Part shown: positions 9,903 through 19,548 of the stretch, piece after piece
Layout of the letters: the number at the start of each line of letters is the position of its first letter
How positions within the stretch are numbered: the stretch's first letter is position 1
Assembly (NCBI GenBank): GCA_964291415.2
Contig: OZ219919.1
Coordinates: 1-64,000, forward strand
DNA from: Alphaproteobacteria bacterium
GTDB lineage: Bacteria; Pseudomonadota; Alphaproteobacteria; SP197
Direction: 5' to 3'
DNA: 64,000 bases
Made by a program: the position numbers and the translations under genes
The notes under the pieces: model-generated
Databases searched by the model: none
What the model saw: only the letters and a program-made list of their open reading frames with translations
Told to the model about the DNA's origin: nothing

Positions 9903-11582
9903 GTGACACTCGATGTCATCGATCAGGCGGTCATCAGCCAGGCCATCATCGCGGCGGCACGCGAAATGGGCTCGAAGCTCGTGCGCTCGGCCTTTTCCAC
10001 GGTCGTCCGCGAGGCGGCCGATGCCTCTGCCGCGCTGCTCGACCCTGAGGGGCGGATCGTCGCCCAGGCCGAGATGATTCCCATGCACCTCGGCTCGATG
10101 GCGGCAACATTCAAGGCGTGTGCCCGGCACCATCCACCCGAGGATTTGCGCGAAGGCGATTTCTACCTTTCGAACGACCCCTACGAAGGCGGCCAGCATC
10201 TGCCCGACGTCTACATCTTCTCGCCCGTCTTCCTCTCCGGACGTCTCATCGGATTTGCCGCGTCGGTGGCGCATCATCTCGAAATGGGCGGTGCGGCAGC
10301 GGGAATCGTGGCCAATGCCACCGACATCTACCAGGAGGGCCTGCGCCTGCCGCCCTCATGCTGGAATCTCGAGCGCCATTGGCATGGCGGGCCGTTGCAG
10401 CGACTTGTGGCCGCCAACATTCGCGTGCCCCGGCTCACCATCGGAGATTTCAATGCCCAGTTCGCCGCCAACGCCCTGGGAGCCGAACGCCTCGTGAACC
10501 TGGCCACCAGGTACGGGGCGGACCGAATCGGTGAAGCGATGACGGAACTCATCGCCTATTCCGAGCGGCGGATGAGAAAGGAGATCGCAGCCCTCCCCGA
10601 CGGAACATGGCACGGGGAAGATGCGGTCGACGACGACGGCATCCATGACGAACCACTACCCGTGCGCGTGGCCATCACCATCGATGGCGACCGAATCGAG
10701 GCGAACTTCGCCGGAACGGCGGGTAACGTGACCCGCAATCTCAACAGCCCCCTTTCCTCGACCGCATCGGCCACCTACGCAGCGATCAAGGCGACACTCA
10801 CCAGCCCCGACATTCCCTTCAACCATGGCATGACGCAGCCCGTGACTCTCCGCGTGCCCTACCCCAGTCTGCTCAACCCGCAACCGCCAGCGCCGGTGCA
10901 TGCCCGCATGGAAGCCTGCTACAGGGTCTACAATGCCGTCATGAAGGCGCTTGCCGGCGCCGTTCCCGAGCGGGTCATCGCCTGCGGCTACGACACCACC
11001 ACGGCGCTCACCATGACGCGCTTCGACGGCCAGCACTACCAGGTCGTCACGGAAGTTCTCGGCGGCGGCTATGGCGCTTCGGCGAACAGCGATGGCGAAA
11101 GTGCGCTCGCCAGCCCGCTGGCCAACTGCACGAACACACCGGTCGAGGCCCTGGATCTCGACTACGCCTTCTTCCGCCTGCACGCCTGGACCCTGCGTGC
11201 CGACAGCGGCGGGGCGGGGCGTCACCGGGGCGGGCTGGGGTACGACCGGGTGTACGAGGTCCTCGAACCGGGTTGTACCCTGACACTCTATGCCGACAGG
11301 TTCCGCCTGGCGCCGACCGGTCTCTTCGGTGGCCACGAAGGAGCGCGGGCATCGTGCCGCGTCGAACGCAATGGCAGGGTCATCGACGTGGCGAGCAAGG
11401 GAACGATGCCGCTCGAGGTCGGCGATGTCGTGACCATACGCACCGGTGGCGGCGGCGGATACGGCGCGCCCGGTGAACGGGACCCGAAGCTGGTCGACGA
11501 CGACGTCGGGGAAGGATATGTCAGTGCCATGAGTGCGCGGCGTCACCATGCCTGGCATGGTGTGGCTTCGGAAGGGAGATGA
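9903..11582 (+). CDS. Hydantoinase B/oxoprolinase family subunit (copy 1)
   Basis: RSAFSTVVREAAD, NDPYEGGQHLPD, HHLEMGG, YQEGLRLPP, DSGGAGRHRGG, TGGGGGYG; GTG start 9903 inferred by alignment with copy 2. Confidence 0.92.
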   Translation: MTLDVIDQAVISQAIIAAAREMGSKLVRSAFSTVVREAADASAALLDPEGRIVAQAEMIPMHLGSMAATFKACARHHPPEDLREGDFYLSNDPYEGGQHLPDVYIFSPVFLSGRLIGFAASVAHHLEMGGAAAGIVANATDIYQEGLRLPPSCWNLERHWHGGPLQRLVAANIRVPRLTIGDFNAQFAANALGAERLVNLATRYGADRIGEAMTELIAYSERRMRKEIAALPDGTWHGEDAVDDDGIHDEPLPVRVAITIDGDRIEANFAGTAGNVTRNLNSPLSSTASATYAAIKATLTSPDIPFNHGMTQPVTLRVPYPSLLNPQPPAPVHARMEACYRVYNAVMKALAGAVPERVIACGYDTTTALTMTRFDGQHYQVVTEVLGGGYGASANSDGESALASPLANCTNTPVEALDLDYAFFRLHAWTLRADSGGAGRHRGGLGYDRVYEVLEPGCTLTLYADRFRLAPTGLFGGHEGARASCRVERNGRVIDVASKGTMPLEVGDVVTIRTGGGGGYGAPGERDPKLVDDDVGEGYVSAMSARRHHAWHGVASEGR

Positions 11583-13255
11583 GAATCATGTCGCTCGATC
11601 CTGTGGACTATGCGGTCATCAGCCAGGGCATCATCGCGGCGGCGAGGGAGATGGGCGCCAAGCTCATCCGCAGCGCCTACTCGACGATCGTCAGGGAAGC
11701 GCAGGACGCCTCGGCGGCGCTGCTCGACCGGGAAGGGAATGTCGTCGCCCAGGCCGAACTCATCCCCATGCAGCTCGGTCCGATGAAGATGACTTTCGTT
11801 CCCTGCGCCGAGACACACCCGGTCGATTCCCTCGAACCAGGCGACTTCTACATCACCAATGATCCCTTCAACGGGGGGCAGCACCTTCCCGATGTCTTCA
11901 TCTTTTCGCCCGTCTTCTTCGAGGGCCGGGTCCTCGGCTTTGGCGCCTCGGTGGCCCACCATCTCGACCTTGGCGGCGGCGCCCCGGGACTGAACGCCGA
12001 TGCCTCGGACATCTATCAGGAAGGCCTGCAGATTCCTCCGTCGTGCTACAACATGGAGCGCGACTGGAACGGCGGCCGTTTCGAGCGCCTCGTGGCAGCC
12101 AACATCCGCGTGCCCCAGCTCACGATCGGCGATTTCAACGCGCAGTTTGCCGCCAATGCCATTGGTGGTCTGCGCCTGAGGGAACTGGCCACGAAGTTCG
12201 GCCCGGATGCGGTCACCGAAACCATGGCAGAACTGCTGGACTACTCGGAACGCCGGGTCCGGACATCGATCGCCACGATCCCCGACGGCACCTACGAGGG
12301 AGAGGATGCGGTGGATGACGACGGGATCGACGATCGGCCGTTGCCCGTAAGGGCCCAGGTCACCGTCGAGGGCGATCGCCTCGACATCTCCTTTGACGGC
12401 ACCGCACCCCAGGTGGCGCGCAATCTCAACTGCCCCTTTTCATCCACGGTCTCGGCCGCTCTTGCCTGTGTCAAGTCGGTGCTGACCAGCGCCGACGTCC
12501 CCTTCAACGAAGGGGTGAAGAGGCCGTTCAACATCACCGCGCCCTATGGATCCCTGCTCAATCCGAGGCCTCCCGCGCCCGTCCGGGCGCGCATGGAACC
12601 GGCCTATCGCGTGTTCAATGCGGTGATGAAGGCCCTGGCCAAGGCTGCCCCCGACCGCGTGATCGCCTGCGGGTTCGACACCACCGCCGTCTTCGCTCTC
12701 TCCCACCTCACGAACAGCGGATACAGGGTGTACGTGGAAATCTTCGGCGGCGGATACGGAGCGTCCCTGGAGGCCGACGGCTGCGACGCCATCGACAGCC
12801 CCCTGTCGAACTGCTCCAACACGCCCGTCGAGGCTCTCGACATGGAGTATGACTACTTCCGGGTGATCGACTACTCGCTGTTGTCCGACTCCGCGGGCGC
12901 CGGACGCTGCCGGGGCGGTCTGGGATTCACCCGCGCCTACGAGATCACTCGCGACGATGTCATCTTTGCCATCTATGCCGATCGTTTCCGCATCGCTCCG
13001 GCAGGGCTCTTTGGTGGCGGCGACGGCGTCCCCGCTTCGTGCCACGTGCTGCGCGACGGAGAGGCCATACCGGTCAACTCCAAGGCCGGAGCGACCTTGC
13101 GCAAGGGCGATGTCCTCACCATTCATACCGGTGGCGGCGGGGGATACGGCACACCCGGCGACCGTCCTCTCGAGGCGATCAGGCACGATCTTGCCGAAGG
13201 ACTGATCACCCCGGAACGCGTCGCGACGGATTATCCTCATGCCAGTCCTCGATGA
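11579..13255 (+). CDS. Hydantoinase B/oxoprolinase family subunit (copy 2)
   Basis: RSAYSTIVREAQD, NDPFNGGQHLPD, HHLDLGG, YQEGLQIPP, TGGGGGYG; ATGA overlap with copy 1. Confidence 0.92.
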   Translation: MRIMSLDPVDYAVISQGIIAAAREMGAKLIRSAYSTIVREAQDASAALLDREGNVVAQAELIPMQLGPMKMTFVPCAETHPVDSLEPGDFYITNDPFNGGQHLPDVFIFSPVFFEGRVLGFGASVAHHLDLGGGAPGLNADASDIYQEGLQIPPSCYNMERDWNGGRFERLVAANIRVPQLTIGDFNAQFAANAIGGLRLRELATKFGPDAVTETMAELLDYSERRVRTSIATIPDGTYEGEDAVDDDGIDDRPLPVRAQVTVEGDRLDISFDGTAPQVARNLNCPFSSTVSAALACVKSVLTSADVPFNEGVKRPFNITAPYGSLLNPRPPAPVRARMEPAYRVFNAVMKALAKAAPDRVIACGFDTTAVFALSHLTNSGYRVYVEIFGGGYGASLEADGCDAIDSPLSNCSNTPVEALDMEYDYFRVIDYSLLSDSAGAGRCRGGLGFTRAYEITRDDVIFAIYADRFRIAPAGLFGGGDGVPASCHVLRDGEAIPVNSKAGATLRKGDVLTIHTGGGGGYGTPGDRPLEAIRHDLAEGLITPERVATDYPHASPR

Positions 13256-13290
13256 CGGGCGCGTCCGGCACCATGATTGAAGGCGAGTCC

Positions 13291-13478
13291 ATGTCGATGC
13301 GATCCGTGGCGGCGACCGGCCACCGGATCGGGCAGCGTATCGCCCGCATGCCGGCGACGGTCGACGACATCGTCGCCGCCACCTGCTGCATGTGCGCCTG
13401 ACGCTGCGGCATACGCGTTCAACTCAAGGACGAGCAGCCGGTCTGCATCGACGGCAACAACAATCGTGCGCCAAAGGG
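13291..13478 (+). pseudogene. soeA: Relic of molybdopterin oxidoreductase N-terminal [4Fe-4S] domain (SoeA-like)
   Basis: Reads VDDIVAATCCMCA*RCGIRVQLKDEQPVCIDGN, then CAKG in another frame. This matches the SoeA-type start TTCYMCACRCGIxVHLKDGxxxYIEGNxxHPVNxGVLCAKG, with TGA (13399-13401) at a Cys, an internal deletion and no catalytic domain. Confidence 0.7.
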
Positions 13479-13609
13479 GGCGGCGGGAAGAGAACAGGTT
13501 CGCGGCAAACTCCCGGGATGAGGCACGTGATCCTGCGGTCCGGCGGCTGGCGCCCAGCCGTGACCGCGATCCCCCAGCAAGTTCCCCGAATGACGGTGGG
13601 GGCGCGTAC

Positions 13610-14827
13610 TCACGCCTCCGCGAAAGCGCCCTCGCGGCGAATGGCGTGTGCAACCTGGCGGTGGAAATGGACAGTCCCACGGTCCCAGTGGGGCGCCAGG
13701 CGACCGCCGTCATAGGCCGTGCACGCGCGCCCCTCCTGGAGGCGCAGGCAGATGTCCTTGTCCTCGTCGTTGAGTTCCACCCATTCCCGGAAGAGAGCAT
13801 CCCGCGCTTCGGCGTGCTCGGCCGCGCAGGCGGCATTGCCGACGTAGTAGAACCACATGCGCATGATGGTTCGGTCTGCCGCCTGCGGTTCGAAGAGAAC
13901 GGCCTGGAGACTGCCCGGATAGACATTGACCGCGAAGTTCGGGAACAGCACGGCATAGCGTGTGCTCAATTCCAGGTCCGCATCGATCCCTTCCTGTGAC
14001 GGCAGGCCTGGCCCCGAATCGTCGACCGCGATGCCCCGGCCGCTGGAGGTGAAGGCATAGCCGTTCGTCAGGTGGCAACCGCTTTCGCGCATGGACTGCC
14101 GCGTTTGCGGACTCATCATGCGGTCCAGTGCCGGGTGGACGGCGAACACGTGGTAGAAGTCGCAATAGTTCTCCACCGCGAGTTTCCAGTTGCAGGCGAA
14201 CTCCACGGCCATGGTCTGGTCCGAGCGGCGGAACTGCGCGATGTCATAGCCGGCGAAGTGCTCCTCCACCGGGGCCATGAAGCTGGAGAATTCGGGGGCC
14301 TTGCCGTCGATGTTGACGAACACCCAGTCATGCCACTGCCGGCACGGGATGGCGAAGAGACGGACATCCTCACCCGACATGTCGCAGGCCGTCTGGTGGC
14401 GGCCGTGGCCATGGTAGTGGGGGCGCCCCTTGAGGACGCCGTCGAGACCATAGGACCAGGCGTGGTAGGGACAGGTGAGCACGCTCCTGGAGCACCGGGA
14501 TTCCGTCACCAGCCTGGCGCCGCGGTGCGGGCAGACATTGTGGAAGGCCCGCACCTCGTGGTCGTGTCCGCGCACCAGGATCAGCGGATGGCCGGCGATC
14601 TCCACCGACAGGATGTCGCCCGGATCGGCGAGGGTGCTCGCCGGCGCCGCGAAGGACCAGGTTCTCGAAAACAGGCGGGCCTTCTCGAGTTCGTGAAACC
14701 CGCCGTCGGTGAAGGCGGCATTGGGAAGTCCCCTCGCCTGCGACGTGTCCCGCCCGAGCTGTTCCAGCACCTCGTCCGAGACCGATTGCCACACATCGCC
14801 CACTTCCGGAAACGCGATGACGTTCAT
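13610..14827 (-). CDS. Rieske non-heme iron oxygenase alpha subunit (choline/glycine-betaine monooxygenase-like group)
   Basis: Rieske ligands NVCPHRG...CPYHAW; NWKLAVENYCDFYHVFAVH; EDKDICLRLQEG. Confidence 0.92.
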   Translation of the reverse strand: MNVIAFPEVGDVWQSVSDEVLEQLGRDTSQARGLPNAAFTDGGFHELEKARLFSRTWSFAAPASTLADPGDILSVEIAGHPLILVRGHDHEVRAFHNVCPHRGARLVTESRCSRSVLTCPYHAWSYGLDGVLKGRPHYHGHGRHQTACDMSGEDVRLFAIPCRQWHDWVFVNIDGKAPEFSSFMAPVEEHFAGYDIAQFRRSDQTMAVEFACNWKLAVENYCDFYHVFAVHPALDRMMSPQTRQSMRESGCHLTNGYAFTSSGRGIAVDDSGPGLPSQEGIDADLELSTRYAVLFPNFAVNVYPGSLQAVLFEPQAADRTIMRMWFYYVGNAACAAEHAEARDALFREWVELNDEDKDICLRLQEGRACTAYDGGRLAPHWDRGTVHFHRQVAHAIRREGAFAEA

Positions 14828-15009
14828 GACCTTCACTCCTCCGCCAAGCACATCGTAGCGTCGGTCGCATCGAGTTGAAAAGCCCGCGGCGAGCCCGGCA
14901 CGAATGGAACCACCGCTTCCCTTCCCGGCGCCACCCCGACTCGGGCGCGCCCGTGCCGCCTGTCATCCACCCGGGGATGTGCCTATACTGCCTGATTGCC
15001 ATTGTGAGA

Positions 15010-15030
15010 ACCGTCCGATCGTGGGACGGT
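15010..15030. promoter_or_regulatory. Inverted repeat in the divergent Rieske/PotD promoter region (candidate operator)
   Basis: accgtcc-gatcgtg-ggacggt, 7-7-7 dyad. Confidence 0.3.
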
Positions 15031-15112
15031 CAGAACATCGTTTGAAGGAGAATCGGGCGCCGGTCCATTCCGGGTTCTGTCCGTGAACAAACCGACAATG
15101 AGGGAGAATTTC

Positions 15113-16210
15113 ATGAAACCGCAAGAGTTCACCAGGGCGTTGCGCGACGGTGCCCTGACCCGCCGTGAGGCCGCTGGAGTCCTTGCTTCCGCAGGTCTCG
15201 TGACCGTTCCACTGGTTTCCGGCAAGGCCCGGGCCGAAGTCGACCTCAGCCTCCTGGAGTGGAATGGCTACGAGTACGAATCCTTCCACCCCGAGTACAA
15301 TGCGAAGTACGGCGGACAGCCGGAAGTGACGTTCTTCTCCGAGACCGAGGACGCCTTCCAGAAGATGCGCGCCGGTTTCAGGGTGGACCTGGTCCATCCC
15401 TGCACTGCCTCGGTGAAGAAGTTCCGCGACGCAGGTCTCATCAAGGCCCTCGAGACGGACCGTATCCCGAGGTGGGGCGAGATCATTCCCGACCTTCTCG
15501 AGGTCAAGGGCGTGCGCATTGACGGCGAGTACTTCTTCTGCCCATGGGACTGGGGCTTCTCCACCGTCGCCTACAATCCCGAGGTCATCGATGTTGACAA
15601 TCCGACCTTCGATCTGTTCGTCGACCCGCGCTTCGCGGGCAAGACATCCCTGACATCACAGATGGGTGTCAACATCCTGGTGGCGGGTGTCATTGGCGGC
15701 TGGGCCAACCCCCTCGATCCCACCGAGGAAGAGATGGCGATGGCGCCGGAGATCTTCCGCAAGATGCTGGACAACGCCCGTTTCGTGTGGACCGACAGCA
15801 CCCAGCTCGAACAGGCCTGGGTCGCCGGCGACGTCGGCATTTCCTACATCTACGGCAGCGCCTCGCGGCGTATGAAGGAAGAGGGCATCCCGGTCGTCAT
15901 TGTTGATCCGGTCATGCCCTGGATGTGCGGACTGTGCCTGAGCAGCGACGGCGAGGGATCCGAAGATCAGGCCTACGACTACATCAACGCCATGCTGGAT
16001 CCGGTTGGAGGCCTCTCACTGTTCGAGACCTACGGCTACGGTCACGCCAACATCAACACGTTCGATCTGATCGACCCGGACGTCCTGCGCGACAGGGGCC
16101 TCGACGACCCCGTCGCCCTGCTCTCCAAGGGCGTCTTCTTCGATGAGGTTCCTCCGGAGAAGGACGCACGTCTCATCGAGATGTGGCACGAGGCCCAGGC
16201 CGGAATGTAG
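15113..16210 (+). CDS. Polyamine-type ABC transporter substrate-binding protein (PotD/PotF family), Tat-like signal
   Basis: LTRREAAG signal, EWNGYE, PWDWGFSTVAYN, WMCGL, AYDYINAML; ATG 15113 after AGGGAG. Confidence 0.9.
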   Translation: MKPQEFTRALRDGALTRREAAGVLASAGLVTVPLVSGKARAEVDLSLLEWNGYEYESFHPEYNAKYGGQPEVTFFSETEDAFQKMRAGFRVDLVHPCTASVKKFRDAGLIKALETDRIPRWGEIIPDLLEVKGVRIDGEYFFCPWDWGFSTVAYNPEVIDVDNPTFDLFVDPRFAGKTSLTSQMGVNILVAGVIGGWANPLDPTEEEMAMAPEIFRKMLDNARFVWTDSTQLEQAWVAGDVGISYIYGSASRRMKEEGIPVVIVDPVMPWMCGLCLSSDGEGSEDQAYDYINAMLDPVGGLSLFETYGYGHANINTFDLIDPDVLRDRGLDDPVALLSKGVFFDEVPPEKDARLIEMWHEAQAGM

Positions 16211-16222
16211 CGATCACCTGAC

Positions 16223-16266
16223 ATGCACCCCGTGCCGGTGGATTCCGGCACGGGGTGCATCTTTGA
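16223..16266 (+). terminator. Strong hairpin after SBP gene (terminator or mRNA-stabilising stem)
   Basis: atgcaccccgtgccgg-tggatt-ccggcacggggtgcat, 16-bp perfect stem followed by ctttgatt. Confidence 0.75.
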
Positions 16267-16441
16267 TTCATCCGTTCGTCGACAAAGTCCGGCAGGGAGT
16301 GAGGCCGTCATGACCGAATTCAGGATGGAAGCCTCCATGCACAACATGGCGCGCTATGTCGCGGTGACACGACGTGATGTGTCCACCGGCCTTCGCCACG
16401 TTCCCTTTCAGCCGGCTTGGGAACAACGCGCCGGGACGTGA

Positions 16442-17725
16442 ATGATGGCGCCTGATCGGGACCACGCCCCGGGCTGGTATGCCATCCTGCCACCGCCACC
16501 GCCCGCGAGGCGGCTGACGGGCGATCAGGTTGCCGACTGGGTCGTTGTCGGCGCCGGCGTCACGGGACTTGCTGCCGCCCGCCGCCTCGGCGAACTGCTT
16601 CCCGACAAGCGGATCGTTCTGATCGAAGAGTTCCGTATCGGCTATGGTTCATCCGGCCGCAACGCCGGCTTCATCATCGACACGCCGCACCTCACGGAAC
16701 AGTTCGACGGCGACACCAACCGGCGGATATCCCGCCTGGTGCTCGCCGGACTGGCGGAGCTCGAGGCCCGGGTCGATGAGCACGACATCGCATGCGAGTG
16801 GACCCCTCACGGTCACCTGACCGCGGTCGTCGACAAGTCAAGAATCGGTGGGCTTCATGCCACCGTTCGCATGCTGGAAGACCTGGGGGAGACATGGGAG
16901 TGGCTGGAGGGTGACGCTCTCGCCGACATCATCGGCACCCACCATTACCACGCGGCCGTCTTTACGCCGCGAACCGTCACGGTCAATCCGGCGGCCATGT
17001 GCCGTGGTCTTGGCCAGTCCCTGCCGGAGAATGTCGATGTCTTCGAGGACACGTGCGTGCGGGACATCTCCGCCGGCAATCCCCGCTCGGTGATCTGTGA
17101 CGATGGTCGTGTCAGCGCCCCCGGCGTCCTCCTGACAACGAACGCATTCATCACCCGGCTCGGCCTTCTGAAGAACCACGTGTTTCCGATGATCGCCTGT
17201 GCCAGCCTGTCACGCCCCCTCAACGAGGACGAAGACGCTGCCCTGGGCGGCCACCGGGACTGGGGGATTACGGGGACAGCAACCATGCGGCGCACCCCTT
17301 CCAACCGCATCCTGGCGCGCTTCGGTACTTTCTGTGCCGGAGATTTCCGGCTTGGCCGGCAGCGGCAGAAACATCTCCTGGAATCGCACCGCAAGGGTGT
17401 CGCCGATCGCTTCCCCATGCTGCGACATCTCGACTTCGAGCATACCTGGGCCGGTGTCTTCTGCATGACGAGAGATTGGTCGACGCACTTCGGACGCCTT
17501 GAACCCGGCCTCTTTGTCTCGCTGGGCTACTGCGGCGTGGGACTGGCGCGGGGCACGATTTCCGGCAAGCTCGTGGCCGAACACGCCCTCGGCGGCGAAT
17601 CGTCCCTGATTGATGACGCGGTGACGCTCAGCGGTCCCGCCAGGCTGCCCGCCCAGCCATTCCTCGCCCTGGGCGCCCACGCCCGTCTCGCCGCATACCG
17701 CTGGCAAAGCCGGCACGAGTGGTAG
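16442..17725 (+). CDS. FAD-dependent oxidoreductase (PuuB/DAO family)
   Basis: VVVGAGVTGLAAA, GSSGRNAGF, HTWAGVFCMT, GYCGVGLARGT. Confidence 0.88.
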   Translation: MMAPDRDHAPGWYAILPPPPPARRLTGDQVADWVVVGAGVTGLAAARRLGELLPDKRIVLIEEFRIGYGSSGRNAGFIIDTPHLTEQFDGDTNRRISRLVLAGLAELEARVDEHDIACEWTPHGHLTAVVDKSRIGGLHATVRMLEDLGETWEWLEGDALADIIGTHHYHAAVFTPRTVTVNPAAMCRGLGQSLPENVDVFEDTCVRDISAGNPRSVICDDGRVSAPGVLLTTNAFITRLGLLKNHVFPMIACASLSRPLNEDEDAALGGHRDWGITGTATMRRTPSNRILARFGTFCAGDFRLGRQRQKHLLESHRKGVADRFPMLRHLDFEHTWAGVFCMTRDWSTHFGRLEPGLFVSLGYCGVGLARGTISGKLVAEHALGGESSLIDDAVTLSGPARLPAQPFLALGAHARLAAYRWQSRHEW

Positions 17726-17744
17726 GACGGACGTTCGGCAAATC

Positions 17745-19502
17745 ATGACAGTACACGTCCCCGCCAGTGACTGGATTGCCTGGACAAGGGCCTGTTTCCT
17801 GCGTTTCGAGTGGCTGCGCGGCTACACGCTCCTGTCGCCGGCGATCGTCACCATGATCTGCCTTCTGGCGCTGCCGATATTCACGCTCGTGACCTACAGT
17901 TTCTGGTCACAGACCTACGTGCACATCGACCAGACCTTCACGCTCAAGAACTACGAAACGTTCTTCGACAAGTGGATCTACGGAAAGCTGCTCCTGCGAT
18001 CGATCAGGATGTCCGCCACCGTGACGCTCATCACGATCGTGCTCGCCTATCCCGTGGCCTACTTTCTCGCCTTCAGGGTGACCCGGAACAAGATGACCTG
18101 GCTGATCCTGATCAACATTCCGTTTGTCACAAGCTACCTGCTGCGCGTTCTCGCCTGGAAGATCATGCTGGGCAACAATGGCGTGATCAACGGCACCCTG
18201 GAGGGACTGGGCTTCATCGAGGAGCCCCTGGAGTATTTGCTCTACAGCCGCTTTGCCGTGGTGCTCACGCTGGCCCATGCGTGGGCGGCATTCGCCATCC
18301 TGCCCATTTACGTCTCGCTGCAGAAGATCGACCGGTCGCTCCTTGAGGCGGCTGCCGATCTGGGTGACGGACCGGTCAAGCGCTTCCTGCGTATCACTCT
18401 TCCGCTTTCCATGCCCGGAGTGATTGCCGCGGCTGTTATCGAGTTCATCCCCACGGTCGGAGATTACATCACGCCCATCATGGTGGGCGGGCCCAAGGGT
18501 GTCATGATCGGCCAGATTGTCGCCGCCCAGTTCGGTGCCGCCAACAATTGGCCCCTGGGAGCGGCGCTGACGATCATCATGATGATCTCGATCACTGCCA
18601 TCGTCTGCACCTTCATCTGGTTCGCCCGTCTGGGTACGGTCAGGGCGCGGGACATGGAAATCACAACGACGGCATCCCGGCCTGTCGATCGCACCAGACG
18701 CGGAATTGACTGGCTGCTCATCTACGTCATCCTCTACCTGGCGTTTCTCTACATCCCCTCCGTGATGCTGCCGGTCTTTTCCTTCAATGACAGCATCCAG
18801 ATGGTGCTGCCGCTCAAGGACTTCACTCTCAAGTGGTATGCCGCGCTGGCCGATCATGCCGGCTTGCAGAGCGCCCTCTTCAACAGCCTGAAGGTGGCCC
18901 TGCCCGTCGCCACCACGACGACCATCCTGGCGATCTTTGCCGGCAAGGCGCTGACCCGTTACCGGATGCCCGGCAGGGGGTTGGCCATCGGCTTTATCCT
19001 CGTTCCAATGGTGATGCCCGGCATCATCCTGGCAGTCGGTCTCCTCGTTCTTGCCCTTGCCGTGGGCATGCCTCTGTCGTTGTGGGCAGTCGGGGTCGCC
19101 CATGTCGTGACCACGCTCCCCTTTGCCACCCTGGTCGTGATGGCACGCCTCGAGGGCTTCTCCAGGAACATCGAGGAAGCTTCACGAGATCTGGGTGTAG
19201 GCGGGTTCATGACCTTCTGGCGTGTCACGTTCCCGCTTATCCTGCCGGCCGTCGTTGCCTCGTTCCTGCTCACATTCACCGCGTCTTTCGACGAGTTTCT
19301 CTTCGCCTTCTTCCTGGGAGGCAACCAGGTCACCCTACCCGTCTTCATATGGACGCAGGTGCGTTTCCCGCAAACGCTGCCAAGCGTTCTGGCCCTGGGC
19401 GCTCTCATCTTCATGGTGTCCATCGTTCTCATCGTCACCGCCGAGATTTTCAGGCGTTCGGGAGACAGGCACATCGTGACGCCGGCGGACGGGTACCGAT
19501 GA
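17745..19502 (+). CDS. Fused ABC permease (PotB-like + PotC-like)
   Basis: Two EAA loops: LLEAAADLGDGP and IEEASRDLGVGG; NWPLGAAL ends the PotB-like half and FSFND...FTLKWY starts the PotC-like half; no internal stop. Confidence 0.9.
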   Translation: MTVHVPASDWIAWTRACFLRFEWLRGYTLLSPAIVTMICLLALPIFTLVTYSFWSQTYVHIDQTFTLKNYETFFDKWIYGKLLLRSIRMSATVTLITIVLAYPVAYFLAFRVTRNKMTWLILINIPFVTSYLLRVLAWKIMLGNNGVINGTLEGLGFIEEPLEYLLYSRFAVVLTLAHAWAAFAILPIYVSLQKIDRSLLEAAADLGDGPVKRFLRITLPLSMPGVIAAAVIEFIPTVGDYITPIMVGGPKGVMIGQIVAAQFGAANNWPLGAALTIIMMISITAIVCTFIWFARLGTVRARDMEITTTASRPVDRTRRGIDWLLIYVILYLAFLYIPSVMLPVFSFNDSIQMVLPLKDFTLKWYAALADHAGLQSALFNSLKVALPVATTTTILAIFAGKALTRYRMPGRGLAIGFILVPMVMPGIILAVGLLVLALAVGMPLSLWAVGVAHVVTTLPFATLVVMARLEGFSRNIEEASRDLGVGGFMTFWRVTFPLILPAVVASFLLTFTASFDEFLFAFFLGGNQVTLPVFIWTQVRFPQTLPSVLALGALIFMVSIVLIVTAEIFRRSGDRHIVTPADGYR

Positions 19503-19548
19503 TGACGGGACCCTGCCACCATGACGAGCACCCCGGGAGCCTTGCCTG

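Noticed and set aside
13399-13401. Selenocysteine codon hypothesis for the TGA at a Cys position
   Set aside because: Frame is disrupted and truncated shortly downstream and no convincing SECIS was seen; a TGC-to-TGA nonsense change is simpler.
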